DNA of 64,000 nucleotides, taken from assembly GCF_006345805.1 (NCBI RefSeq), contig NC_043014.1:18724001-18788000 (forward strand). The letters are read 5' to 3'. Both the position numbers and the translations under genes were made by a program. Below are positions 39,864 to 53,819 of this stretch, in pieces (the first letter of the stretch is position 1; every line of letters starts with the position of its first letter). The notes below the pieces were generated by a model. It was given only the letters and a program-made list of their open reading frames with translations, was not told the origin of the DNA and searched no databases. The stretch is from Octopus sinensis. Lineage: Eukaryota.

Positions 39864-40258
39864 TCTTTATATATAAAAGTGAGGTTGCGTGTCTGTCTCC
39901 TACGATTTAGATTCCTAACTACTCCCACATTTTGCGGTGCAGTTTAACCAAAACCGGGTATCTTATAGTCGTGATTCATATCGAGCCCGTCTGGGTATTA
40001 GCGCGCGTCTACGATGAGTCTACGATTTAAAAAAAAAATTACCATCAATTTTTACCATTTTTAATCCATTTTTGACATATATAAGGGAAGTAACTCTCTA
40101 AAATTTATTATTAAATCTCAGAACGTAAAAAGCTACAGTAACACCCCTCCCCCTTTGTGGTTAGCCATATTGAGATGGCTATTATACTTTACATCTCTAA
40201 AAATGCTTATATAATTATTTCCCTTACAAACCCGAGCAACGCCGGGCGATACTGCTAG
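39864..40258 (+). mobile_element. 395-bp mini-Helitron forming the 3' end of H2a
   Basis: A|TCTTTATATATAAAAG ... CCCGAGCAACGCCGGG ... CTAG|T. Confidence 0.9.
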
Positions 40259-40345
40259 TTCTTTATAAATGTTGTGTTCAAAATAACATTTTCTTTTAAG
40301 AGTGTGCATATAACAGAGTATGTGTATATAACTACGTGACTTATA

Positions 40346-40642
40346 TCTTTATATATAAGAGTGAAGTTGTGTGTCTGTCTCCTACGATTTAGATTCCTAA
40401 CTACTCCCACATTTTGCGGTGCAGTGTAACCAAAACCGGGTATCTTATAGTCGTGAGTCATATCGAGCCCTTCTGGGTATTAGCGCGCGTCTACGATGAG
40501 TCTACGATTTAAAAAAATTTACCATCATCTTTTACCATTTTAATGCATTTTTTTTCGCTATTATATAAGGGAAGTAACTCTCTAAAATGCTTATATAGTT
40601 ATTTCCCTTACAAACCCGAGCAACGCCGGGCGATACTGCTAG
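40346..40642 (+). mobile_element. 297-bp mini-Helitron
   Basis: A|TC at 40346, hairpin, CTAG|T at 40639-40642. Confidence 0.9.
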
Positions 40643-40687
40643 TATATATATAATATATATTATATATATATATACATATATACATAC

Positions 40688-40735
<48 letters not shown>

Positions 40736-40786
40736 CATATACACACACACACACACACATAATTATATATATATATACATACATAT

Positions 40787-40827
<41 letters not shown>

Positions 40828-40847
40828 ATATATATATATATATAATG

Positions 40848-40918
<71 letters not shown>

Positions 40919-40979
40919 TATATATGTATGTATGCATATAGTAAAATAAGGATTCAGATAGAGTCAGGTACTTGAAAAG

Positions 40980-41400
40980 ATATGTAGCAGGTAGGGTTGG
41001 ATAAATCTGTGGTTACGACCTATGGTTGATACGTGTCAAATAGAATATTCCGGTTGAGTACACAGAGAAAACCAACCTTACGAGTATTTAGCGCCTAGGG
41101 GTGGTCGAAATCACGTGTTTCTTTGAATAGTATGTTGTTAGTATACTCTAGAGTGTCCGACATTACGATGGATAATTGTCAGCTCAGTACAGCTGTTTTT
41201 ATAGAAGAATGAAACACCGTAATCATCAGATGAGAAATAATTTTACAACTAAGTTGGCCGTTGAGGTTATGAATATAGTGCATCAAAGTGTGTAATATGA
41301 TATCTAAGGTCAGCGATCCGTGTGAGATAGGACTCTGCTACATTGGTTCTTAAGAAGGCCGGAGTGGGGTGTAAGTGATATTTTGTTATATTAGTCTTAG
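40980..41400 (-). mobile_element. Possible Penelope LTR-like remnant with decayed hammerhead motif
   Basis: Minus: CTCAT-CTGATGA...AAAACAGCTG-TA-CTGAG at 41234-41183; boundaries approximate. Confidence 0.3.
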
Positions 41401-43114
41401 AGCAGTGAGAAGTAAAGAGAGGTCAAAATATAAATTAAGGAATAAAATAGAATAAATAAAGCAAAAACAAAGGTGAAGAAAAATAAATGCAAACAAGCCA
41501 ATTAGGCATAGGGTTGGGGTCTAAGATTTTCTAGCTAAGGCTAAAAGACAAAGGCAGCGAGCAGAGATACAGAGGATTTATTGTTATTCTGTGGATATTG
41601 GTCAAAAGTTGGGGGAAGGTGCGAAAGCAGTCGAAAAAAGATCTAACTTGTTTGTAGTTGTAGTGTTAGTAATAGTAGAGTACTACTTATCATTTAGGAA
41701 TTTAAAGAAGGATGAAGTTATATAATAAACTACACCTAGTACGAAGTTAGAGGGAATACTCAAATTTATTTGAGTATTTATTAAACTGGTTTTACTACTG
41801 TAGTCTTACGAGTGGTGACAGAAGTGTCTATTGTATTTTTTTAACAATCTGTATTTATTTGTATTTTTCATAATTTCTATTTATTTGTATTTTTGAATCA
41901 TCTTGGCGAATGCACATCTTTAACATAGCAAAAACTGCATAGCCACAACTGGCACTTCTTCTCAAATTTAGAATTTATTCCCCCCTCCCCACACATATAT
42001 TATTCATGTACTACAAAGCTAAAACGACGCCGACAATCGTGTATCGACTCCAACCTTGGACAATAGTGTATTGACTCCAAACTGATATATATGCACAGAT
42101 ATACAACAGTGCGGCCTTTGATAAGTCCCAGATACTCGCCTGCCACTGTTCTAACCTGTCTCCACTACCTATAACGACCTCTGCTCCTTGGATATGGTTG
42201 AGCATATTCTCTATCTAACTAGTCTCTTCTTGCATAACTTTTGATGCGTCAAACCCAACTTGATATAATTAGAAATAGATGTCCGAACCAGCAGAAAGTG
42301 ATATGAACATGTTTGGTAATTCTAAAGAATAAAAAGAGCTCTGATTCCACACAAAAGACAGTACATTGCTTTGTTGACCTTTAAAATTTGCACATTTTTA
42401 ACGCATGCGCGGAAAGCAAAGTGAATTGATGTGATTTGTTTTGGTTTTGCGAAATTTCAAATACAGAACGTAAAGTATAGAATATTAAGCAGACACAGAC
42501 AAGTTTGTAATTCTCGCATTTGTCTGATACAACTGCGTGTTAACATACTGTTAAGGCGACCCGACTTCTAACCATCGTATTGTCCGTGCCCAAATCGATA
42601 TTCTATATCGTCTCTATGTCTGACTTTTCTGGTATGTTGTCTCGAGAGTATATATGTTTTCTTTGGGTGGCAAAAAGCACAATACAGTCAGAGCAGGAAC
42701 ACATTTGATTATTAGCCTGCTTGATCAGAGATGCTGCGGGGTTAAGCAACACAAACAATGACAACGGTGGAGACAAAAGCAGCAGCACCGCTACCACAAT
42801 GACAAACACTAGATAGCAACTGCATCAATGAATTGCAATAACAATTCGACATTGGGACATCTGAGTGGTCACAGGGTTTACTGGAAGTAACAGCAAAATC
42901 TCTTTCTAATCGCAGGCGATTGCCATAAAAGTGTAGAGGTTGAGTAATGTAATGCTTGATACATAAAAGTGTAAGGTGGTGGTTGTAGTAACTGGAATAC
43001 ATTTGTTTATAGGACTCCTCAATCAGAACTGTCATTGCATTTAACATTAATAACAACAACAGCAGCAACTGAAATTCACACATTCATTCTCGATCTTACA
43101 ACCACGTCTTTCAA

Positions 43115-43606
43115 GGTAGAAACGTTAGCACGCGAAATGCTTAGCGGTATTTCGTTTGCCGTTACGTTCTGAGTTCAAATTCCGCCGAGGTCGACTTTGC
43201 CTTTCATCCTTTCGGGGTCGATTAAATAAGTATCAGTTACGCACTGGGGTCGATGTAATCGACTTAATCAGTTTGTCTGTCCTTGTTTGTCCCCTCTATG
43301 TTTAGCCCCTTGTGGGCAGTAAAGAAATAGGTATTTCGTCTGCCGCTACGTTCTGAATTCAAATTCCGCCGAGGTCGACTTTGTCTTTCAACCTTTCGGG
43401 GACCATCAATAAAGTACCAGTTACGCACTGGAGTCGATGTAATCGACTTAATCCGTTTGTCTGTCCTTGTTTGCCCCCTCTATGTTTAGCTGAAAGGATG
43501 AAAGGCAAAGTCGACCTCGGCGGAATTTGAACTCAGAATGTAGCGGCAGACGAAATACCGCAAAACATTTCGCCCGGTGTGCTAACGATTCTGCCAGATC
43601 ACAGCC
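43115..43606 (+). mobile_element. SINE family A dimer plus inverted 5' half
   Basis: Units 43115-43330 and 43331-43490 on plus; 43491-43606 on minus. Confidence 0.9.
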
Positions 43607-43949
43607 TTATTATGAAGGCTTAATACCAGACCTATATAATCGCTAGGCTTCAAATCACAACCTGTCATCTTAAAAATATAGAAGGACACTTTGGGTGATG
43701 TAGTTCTCGATAAAGAGGATGGTCATGCGTGGAACACTCTTGATTTCTGATCTCCCCAATCAATCATTGATCTGGGAGTACACAAAATGCATCAAAGTTA
43801 GCAGTATAACAAACTAAAATCACAATACGCGATTGTACAGCATCAATCATCAGAACTATCATTTTCATCACCATTGCAACCATCACAACCATATCGTCAC
43901 CCACTCGTCGTCGTTTGTATCAGCACCATCACCATAACCATAACTAACG

Positions 43950-44266
43950 GCGACAGCCGGGATGCTTATGGTGATGGTGGACATGATGATGATGGTGATG
44001 ATGATGACGATGATGACGATGATGCTGACGACGACGACGATGATGATGGTTATGGTGATTATTATGATGATGAAGGTGATGGCAATGATCGTCATCACCA
44101 CCACCACCGACATCACCAGTAAGAACACTACTATTACTACTACTCCTAATCCCCCGCCTTCTATCACTATTATTACTACTGATGCTGCTGCTCTACCTCC
44201 CCATCCCCTACTCCCTCTCTTCCACCACCACCACCACCAACAACAACAACTACTGCTACTACTACA

Positions 44267-44310
<44 letters not shown>

Positions 44311-44420
44311 CACCACCACTACTACGACGACGATGACGACAACCACCACCACCACCAACAACAACAGCTGCAGCAGTAAACAGCAACAACAACAAAAACA
44401 AGAACAACAACAAAAGCCCT
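43950..44420. repeat. Compound trinucleotide arrays (GAT/GAC, CAC, CAA, TAC)
   Basis: Visible arrays. Confidence 0.9.
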
Positions 44421-44651
44421 GCCATCAATACAACCACTTTCAACATAACCATTATTATCGCATTTTCTAGAAGCAGCAGAAGCATCATCAACAGTTGTAG
44501 CAGCAGCAGACGTAATGCAGATGTCAAACAGACGTAAAACTGGAGAGTGACTAATCCAGTTAAATTACACATAACCATTACAAATACTGCTGTTGGGGTA
44601 AAATGTAAGATATCCCTCGTTTACGATCTCTGCCTCCTTCATCCATTCCTG

Positions 44652-44719
<68 letters not shown>

Positions 44720-44720
44720 G

Positions 44721-44758
<38 letters not shown>

Positions 44759-44792
44759 AGTCAATTCTGTTGTTAAATATATATACAAATAG

Positions 44793-44842
<50 letters not shown>

Positions 44843-44884
44843 GTAGATAGATATATGTATGAATACACACACACACACACGCAT

Positions 44885-44964
<80 letters not shown>

Positions 44965-45219
44965 CACAGGCAATCACACAACTCAATCCACGTCAACACA
45001 GACAAAACAAGAAAACCTTAACAATACATACAGACTGTTATCTCTTTTCACCAACCACCTGCACGCATATCCGTCCACCCCAGCACTACAGCAACTTACC
45101 CCACCCTTGCGTAAAGCATGTAGAACCCCCCGCCACAACTACTACTACAGTTTATTTACATCATCACAATGAAATAGAGTACGACCACCCCCAGCAAACA
45201 CATATCACTCATAATCCAC

Positions 45220-45490
45220 CAACGCCAGCACTACCACCACTGTCACTGCCTGCACCCCCACCGCAGCCATCACCACCGCCACCGCCACCGCCACCGCCAC
45301 TACCACCGCCATCACCGCCATCACCGCCATCGCCACCATCACAGCCATCAGCGCCATCATCACCATCACCAGCACCAGCAGCACTACCACTTCCATCGTC
45401 GCCACCACCACCGCCACTATTATCACCACAGCCGCCATCACCGCCACCGCCAACGCCACCGCCAACGCCACCACCACCACCACGACCACG
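45220..45490. repeat. Degenerate (CCA/CCG/TCA)n trinucleotide array
   Basis: Visible array. Confidence 0.9.
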
Positions 45491-46146
45491 GTGTCCATGT
45501 GGTTGGTAGACTTGCTGTACATAGCGGCAATGTCTTCCACACATCAAATCTTACCGTATTCAAAAAAGAAAAAAAAATAGAACGCAATAATGTACTCTTA
45601 AATATACTGTTTGAAAAAGATATGGAGGCCACGTCTGGAACGTCTTTGATTATTCGTTTGTTCAATCAAAAATTTCCATCCATGACAGTCCACCTTCGTT
45701 TCCCAAAATTACAAAACAACACCAAACATCACCTCTGTCACATCCTAGAAACCTTTACGTGGTTGCTTAACATGCTAAACATAGCAGCCAAATTTCCGTA
45801 AATTACAATCTACCATCATATACGAGCTGATGTTCTTTCTTTATCATTTAGACATGAAGAAACACAGCAGCGTTTGCGATTCTTAGGATTTAGGGAGGAA
45901 GAAATCTCTACACCAGATACCTAGTCTAATGCCAGTCACAGAATCAATTCTGAAAGGGGAACCCTGGGGTCAAGAGGTAGTGTTAAATTGGACTAAAAAT
46001 GAATTCCTTTTACCCAAGTAAGCTACGGTATGATTTGAACTCAAACGAAAGAGCTTGAACCAATACGGAAAGTCATCCTGTCCTACGCGTTAAAAATCCG
46101 TTAATCAATCACCTCAGATTTGTACTTTATTCATCCACCTCAGAAA

Positions 46147-46311
46147 GGCAGCGAGCTGGTAGAATCATTAGTACGTCAGACAAAATGCTTGGCTGTATCT
46201 CTTTTGGCTTAATGTTCTGAGTTCAAATTTCGCCGAGGTCATTTTTGCATTTCATACTTTCGGAGTCGATAAAATAAATGCCTACTAAGCACCGAGGTCA
46301 ATGTAATCAGC
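46147..46311 (+). mobile_element. SINE family A, diverged
   Basis: GGCAGCGAGCTGGTAGAATC...GAGTTCAAATTTCGCCGAGGTC. Confidence 0.8.
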
Positions 46312-46699
46312 AAGCCTATTCTGCCATATTCTAGGCATTGAATCTGTAATTCGATAAACGTTATCGATCGCTTTGGCGGTGAGAGGCCAAGGTGATCTCG
46401 GCATAACAGAAATTCAGAATATCGAAGAGTCTGAGTAAACATTTACGACATTTCTTCCGACATTTCCCGTCTATACTATTTTAGATGACGTAGAGCTAGA
46501 TAAATCGATACCGGAATACCACAAAACATGGCCATGTTTGGAACGCTCTAGGTAATAGATTTGCGTAATCAGAACAACAATCACACGAGCAAATGAGAGA
46601 TCCTATATGCGGCCCCTCTTCCTGCTACAAATTTCCTCAAAAACAACTTCTTATCTATAGATAGTCACGTTAGATAATGTAACCCTGTCTTCATTTATA

Positions 46700-47830
46700 A
46701 TCTACTTTTCAGATCATAGTTGAGGATAGGCAAGAAAATCAAACTGAAAATATTTTAAGTTCGACTTTTTCACCAGCCTCTCCTGTTCTGAAGATCGAAT
46801 GCTGCCAGCACTTGCAATTCTAACATCAATTTCAGCCACCACCCACCCCACCATCTCTTGTAAATACTTGAACTTCTATGGATATTATTCTACCACTACG
46901 TCTCCTCAGAATCTGTCTGGCGATCTTTTCCACGGGTATTCTAGTAACAGGTCTGTAGTGCCAGAGATGTGAACTGTCAATGAGGGGAATTAGTGGCTCG
47001 ACCTGGAGAAAATCTTCGATCACTTACTTAGATATTCTTCGGAGGAATCTCAATTTAGCCGCAAATATTCGCGATCGTGTCATCTGCTATTACGTACATC
47101 TAGGACCATAATTGAGGATAGGCAAGGAAACCGAAATAAAGATAACAAGTCTGACTTTGTCACCACTCTCACCTCTCTTGAAGATGGTGCAATTATTTTA
47201 ACAGCACTTTAGCATCCATCCCAGTTTTCTGCCTCCCATCTCTCTTGAATACTTAATTTTCTTTAGCCTCTGTGATGCTCCATAAACATGTACAGTACAA
47301 TGGAAAGAATTTCTTGAGAGGAACAATATGCTAGTCTTTGTTGCACTTATTGTCATCTCTACCTTGTAGTACTAGGCAGCAAACCCATTCGGTGCATACT
47401 AGACATTACCTTCTGATAAACCAAATATCAAGCAGCACCGCCTCGTCTGCAAATATCAGTGCATCTGTAAATAAAACGAATGGGCTCGTTACAGTAGGAA
47501 CCACTTCGATCATAGATGTCATATAAAGCAAAGCTGACATGATTATAAGCAGGTGATACATCTTAGATGAGTTTCATTAATGAATTTCCCATTTCTTCTA
47601 TCTTTGGAGCCGCTTCGATTTATGGAATTTCTTTTAAAATAAACAAAGTTGTATCTTCAATATGTTCGTTAGGGGAAATCAGTTCCAGGCAGTTCACACA
47701 AATACTTATATTGAATCAAATATGTATTCTGTCCAACGATGTTCTACACATTTTTATCACCTATGCGTTTTTACTCACAAAGGTTGTTGCTACAGAAAAC
47801 CGTGACACAAGATGTCCATGACTGCAATGC
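46700..47830 (-). mobile_element. RTE-clade LINE remnant
   Basis: LIFADE at 47453-47442; LQVEPLIPLIDSSHLWHYRPVTRIPVEKIARQIL; homologous to 50620-51830. Confidence 0.75.
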
Positions 47831-48156
47831 GATTTATTCGCTATTTCTGTATTGCTGCCATGATGGCTTGGCGTAAGCGATAACAAGAACACAATAACGT
47901 AGGTAGAAGAAATAAACCAAGAGGCTTTTAAAATTGAAAAATTATGAAAGGTAAAAAGAGAAGCTCTCTAAATGATATGATAAATGGAGAAATCCAAGCA
48001 ATTCTCGCTTTACTTGTACAATGATGAGTAGATGGTGTTGTAATGTAGTACCAGCCAGTGGTACGGTCAAGCTTGGAACGTGTTTAATCATAGCTCTGCT
48101 CGATCAGGTTTAAGCTGAGCATAGTAAAAACAAAGGCTACTATCATGGTGACGAAT

Positions 48157-48358
48157 GAATCGTTAGCACAACAAGCAAAATGTTTAGCGGCATTTCGTCC
48201 GTCGCTGCGTTCTGAGTTAAAATTCTGCTGGAGTCAACTTTGCCTTTCATCCTTTCAGTGTCGATAAATTAAGTACCAGTCAAGAACTGGGGTCGATGTA
48301 ATCGACTATCTCCTTCCCTTAAATGTCAGGCCTTGTGTCTACAGTAGAAAGGAGTATT
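48157..48358 (+). mobile_element. SINE family A (tail type 2)
   Basis: Same middle; tail CCTTCCCTTAAATGTCAGGCCTTGTGTCTACAGTAGAAAGG. Confidence 0.85.
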
Positions 48359-49508
48359 ACACATGTCATCACTACCGTTACTCCTCACTAATAATGCTAA
48401 TCCTGTGTGGTTAGGTTTAGCACCACTATCGCCATTACCACCATAACACCACCATTGAAGACAATGCGTTTGCCTCTGTTTAGTGCTTGATCGCACATCT
48501 TGTTAGAATGGAAGTCAAAACTCCTTCAAAATCACACCGCAACAGACATTGGTTATCCAGAAAGAAAAAAAAGAAAAGAAATCAAAAATTGGCTGGAACA
48601 CATTTGGTCATCGGTCAACTCCATCAGAGCTGAAATGGAGTTATTCAACAACAGCAACAGCAGCAACAACAACTGCAATGACCATCACACTCGAACACCT
48701 ACATTAGAGCGACCGTCACTGCTTACACACCAGTAAATTCTTTCGCCCACACCTCCTTTCCTTCTTCCTTTCTTTCTTTCTTTCTTTCTTCCTTTCTTTG
48801 TTTTCTTCTTTCTTTTTCCTTGTTTTCTTCGTTCTTTCATTCTTTCTTCATTTCTTTTCTTCTTTCTTTCTTTTCTTCCTTGTTTTCTTCTTTCTTCCTT
48901 CCTTCCTTTCTCTCTTTATAGTCTCTCTCTCTCTCTCTCTCTCTCCCCCATGCAAAACCTGGAACACTCTCGCCCCACTCGCTTTCTTATATGCATTCTT
49001 CATTCTTACTAACATATTTTCGTTGAAAGGCTTCCATTTACCAACAGGCTCCCTGATGCCTTATCACACTCATCGTAATTTTCCCGCCATATTCAGCCCC
49101 GCATCCTCCTCCACAGATACCCTCACATAACAGGATTGTCTTCATCCCCGCTTTATTGCAAAAATCTCCCCCACCCACTCTTATTACACCCCCTAACCCA
49201 TACCGACACACAGCGTTTTCGCTAGGGAACAAATGTTTATAGAGTCAGCCTTATAATGAACAATAACACGCAGCCCTACACACACTCACACACGAACAGA
49301 TATTTACAAGTGGTGGGTGTATCTGTATGTATATGTAACGGGTGTGTATACGTATGCATCATATATCTGAGCTATATTTGCATTTGAGCGACTTCTTAAA
49401 AAAGACAAAAACAAAAGAATCAACAAAAAAAACTTATTTTCAATTTTCTTAATATGTCAAAAATACGGTGATCCACAACAAATATGTGTGTGTGTGTGTG
49501 TGTGTGTA

Positions 49509-49562
<54 letters not shown>

Positions 49563-49607
49563 TGCATTCTTTCGCTCTTTTCTATAAATATGTGCCTGTG
49601 TGTTTGT

Positions 49608-49658
<51 letters not shown>

Positions 49659-50017
49659 TACATATATAAATGTGCGTGTGTGAGAGTGTATGAGCATTAA
49701 TACATATGAGCACACGAATATGCATTTGTAAACACCTACGTAGATGTACTGCATCACATCACCACCTAATCATTAATGTATAAGTAAAGCCCTATAGAAC
49801 AGCGAGAATTGCTAGGATTTCTCCATTTATTATATCATTTAGAAAAGCTTGTCTTTTTACCTTTCATAATTTTTCCAGTTTTAAAAGCTTCTTAGTATAT
49901 TTCTCCTACCTACACTATTGACTTCTTGTTATTGCTCATGCCAAGCCATTATGGCAGCAATGCAGAATAGCGAATAAGTCATATATTGCAGTTCTGGACA
50001 TCTTAGGTTCAATTCTT

Positions 50018-50248
50018 ATTTCTTTATTGCGCACAAGGGGCTAAACATAGAGGGGTCAAACAAGGACAGACAAACGGATTAAGTCGATTACATCGATCCC
50101 AATGCGTAACTGGTACTTAATTTATCGACCCCGAAAGGAGGAAAGGCAAAGTCGACCTCGGCGGAATTTGAACTCAGAACGTAGCGGCAGATGAAATGCC
50201 GCTAAGCATTTTGTCCGGCGTGCTAACGATTCTGCCAGCCTACCGCCT
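50018..50248 (-). mobile_element. SINE family A full length (tail type 1)
   Basis: Matches 23211-23435. Confidence 0.9.
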
Positions 50249-50403
50249 TTCTTAGGTGCAATTCTAACGAATATCAGCTTGAGCACGTGTCTTGGATCAC
50301 AGTCTCGTGTAGCAACAATACTTGTGGCTAAAAGTGAATGCGTGGTAAAAATATGTGAAAGATTATTTGATGGAATACATATATAATTCAATATACGTAT
50401 TAG

Positions 50404-50533
50404 CTCCGCCGAGGTCGACTTTGCCTTTCATCGTTTAGGGTCGATAAATTAAGTACCAGTTGCGTACTGGGGTCGATATAATCGACAGGTCCCCTCCCCA
50501 CAAAATTTCGAGCCTTGTGCCTAGAGTAGAAAG
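50404..50533 (+). mobile_element. SINE family A 3' half (tail type 2)
   Basis: Matches the 48157-48358 tail. Confidence 0.85.
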
Positions 50534-50619
50534 AAAAAAATAATATATACATATTAGCTTGAACTGGTTGGAACTGGTTTTGCTTAATGAATATTAAAGA
50601 CACAAATTTGTGTCTTTAA

Positions 50620-51830
50620 TAGAAAGTTCCATAAGTCGAAGCAGCTCCATAAATCAAGTAGTTACATAAAAAACCAGTCCAACATCTATCATCTATTTAG
50701 CTCCAAGTTACCTTTGCTTCACGAGACACCTTTGGTCAAAGACCTTTCGGCTGTAACCAACCCATTCTTTGTATCTACAGATGTACTAATATTTGCAGAC
50801 GACACGGCCCTGCATGACATTTTGTTGAGATGAGAATAAGTGCTCCAAAGACTGAAATACTGGTCCCCTCCAGAAAGTATCTGCATGTTTGTAGAGCATC
50901 ACTGAGGCTAGCGAAGTTTTTAGCTTTCACAAGAAATGGAAGGCAGAAATCTGAAATGGATGTTAGAATTGTAAGTGCTGCCTGAGTAATGAATCGGCTT
51001 CACCATTCGATTCTCAGAAGAGTGGAGTTTGGTGAAAAAGTCTGACTTGTTACCTTCAATTCGGTTTCCTTGCCTATCGTCACTTAAGTTCCTAAATGTA
51101 GGTAATAGCAGAAGGTACGATCGCGAAAGCCACCGACTGAAATGAGGTTCCTTACGAATGATCTCAGAAGTAACGACAATCAATAGAATGCTTAACTCGG
51201 TGATTAAGGGTTCTCTCCACGTCAAACCCCTAACTCCCCTCATTGAGAGTTCACGACTTTGGCACTACAGACCTGTCACCAGGATGCCTGTGGAAAGGAT
51301 AGCCAGACAGATTCTGCAATCTGAGTCAGCCGACAGGAGAGGTAGTGGCAGAACACGAGCGAAATTGCTTTATGGTATGCGTAATCTCAGTTGGTCATGC
51401 ATGGGAATCCAGTTGGAAAATGTAATGATAGTTGCTTCTTATTGTAGCATGTGGAGGCACATGGCCTAGTGGTTAGAGCAGCGGATCGCGGTCGAGGGAT
51501 CGCGGGTTTGAATCTCAGACCGGGTGATGTGTGTGTGTTTATGAGTGAAACACCTAAGCTCCACGCGGCTCCGGCAGAAGGTAATTGTGAACTTCTGCTG
51601 ACTCTTTTGCCACAACTTTCTCTCACTCTTTCCTCCTGCATCTTGCAGCTCACCTGCGACGGACAGGCGTCCCGTCCAGGTGGGGAACCTATACGCCAAG
51701 GAAACCGGGAACCGGCTCTTATGAGCCAGGTATGGCTTGAGAAGTAACAAACTTATTGTAGCATATGGAGGCGGTGCTTGAGTAGTCTGCACTCACGACT
51801 TTCCCATGGGTAACGGATGATTGAAATGGT
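50620..51830 (+). mobile_element. RTE-clade LINE remnant interrupted by a SINE
   Basis: VLIFADD (FADD 50792-50803); HVKPLTPLIESSRLWHYRPVTRMPVERIARQIL; frame resumes after the SINE as (S)xWRRCLSSL. Confidence 0.8.
51451..51751 (+). mobile_element. OR-like SINE (tail type 2) with TSD
   Basis: Box A TGGCCTAGTGG, box B GTTTGAATCTC; CTTATTGTAGCAT duplicated at 51438-51450 and 51752-51764. Confidence 0.9.
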
Positions 51831-52697
51831 TGAAATGTGCTGCATTTAAAACTAGGTTATCAAGTATAATCTTATTTCTCACTGACCCTCCCTCGATGTA
51901 TAATTTGAATCATTTAAATAAAAGCCTGTATTGGTAACTATATGCTAAAATCACTAATATTAACTTATGTAATCACCCAATGGATATTCGCGCAACTAAC
52001 GGTGAATGTATCCGAAACGCATAACACTTGGTGTTACACGCATTTGAATATAATTTCAAAGTTTGGTTATATTAAGTATGAAAATCAGCTAGGATAGAGA
52101 TAATTTATTATATAGAATTTTCTCATATAGAATTAAATAATATAATTCCTATATGGCATTCATTGGAATGTTCGTAGTTGCATTTTATAATATTTGTCAG
52201 ACATTAATTTCTAAATCTACACAATTTGCTGATTTTGAGATATTGGCATTACATTCACACGCTCACAGACAGAGAGACAGACTCAGACACATATAGAAAA
52301 TGCTTACATAGTGGGGTGAGTGTGTAAGTGTATATATGTGCATGCATCTATATATTGTCCGTAGATAAATATTCATATGTATATATATAAACATATATAG
52401 GTTTATATATATATATTATATATATATATGTATATATATATATATTATATATATATATATATATAATATATATATATATACATATATATATACATGTATA
52501 TATGTACAAATATATGTATACATATATATACATATATATATATATATACTTATATATATATACTCATATATATTATGCATATATATATGCATATATTTAT
52601 ATATATATGTATATATATCTATATATATATGTATGAATATATGTATATATATATGTGTGTGCGTGTGGTGTGTGCGTACATATATAACATATTATAT

Positions 52698-52751
<54 letters not shown>

Positions 52752-52780
52752 GCATTAAAAGAGAGTGACTCTCTCCAGAC

Positions 52781-52830
<50 letters not shown>

Positions 52831-53819
52831 TATATATATGTAGAAAGGGAGAAAGAGGGAGTAAAAAGGTTGATAAATTGGTAAGCATACTGTATATATA
52901 CATATACATGCATACATATTTTCATATGCATGCAGACACACATACACACACACATGCATACACACACGCAAACATGAATATATTCATGCACGTATATAGA
53001 GAAACGTATACACACGAACGCGTGTATGCATATATGTATGTGTAAATCTAACTCACCAATCCCAACATTTTCGTAACATTACCCAAGCGAAATCTTCAAC
53101 GTGAAATTCGTTCAAGTGTTCATCTTTACATTCGTATTTTATTAATCAATTATTCCCATAAACCACTGCTCAGAATCCCCCGGTACATTGCCTGTCTTAA
53201 GCAGACACGCACACACAAAATTATACACATATTTACACACACTCATACTCATACACTTATTCATAAGCAACGTCACACATATTACATACACAGACACACA
53301 CACACGCACACACACGCGCGCGACAACACACAAACACACACACACACTTTCTTATTTATTGCTCAAAAGCCAGTTGGCAGGGCCGTCAGGGGGTAGTAGA
53401 AAACAGCTTTCACTACTTATGAACTTTGCAATCTGGGTTTGAATCACGCGTTGATCAACTTTGATTTTCCTCTTTTCGGTGTGATAAGTAAAAGCGCCTG
53501 TCTAGGGCCATGGTGAGTTTGATTGAATTGTCAGAGCGTCAGACAAGATTCCTTGAAATATCAATTGCATCAATACGTTTTTTGAATTCTATAGTGGCAC
53601 ACATATTCCGTAGACCATCAATGCGTTTAGAGAAATGATTATCAACCGGGATCCATATATGGCAAAATGAAAACCATGCTGATCATGCTACTTGGAAGCG
53701 TGTGAAATTTCGGTTTCAGACAAATGGCTTTTGAATAAAAAAATAAGCTAGTCATTAACTTTAATCACACAATACTTCGAATTTAAATTCTTTTACAAAA
53801 GAATCAGAGATTTAACTGC

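Larger units (their letters stand above)
36499..40258 (+). mobile_element. Composite Helitron H2a, interrupted by H1b
   Basis: TCTCTTA at 36499-36505 plus TTATAAAAGGCAG from 38346 rebuild the 5' end; CTAG|T at 40255-40258. Confidence 0.75.

Noticed and set aside
45205-45547. Gly- or Pro-rich ORFs resembling structural proteins
   Set aside because: Several frames on both strands are open because of a degenerate trinucleotide array; no signal peptide or splice support
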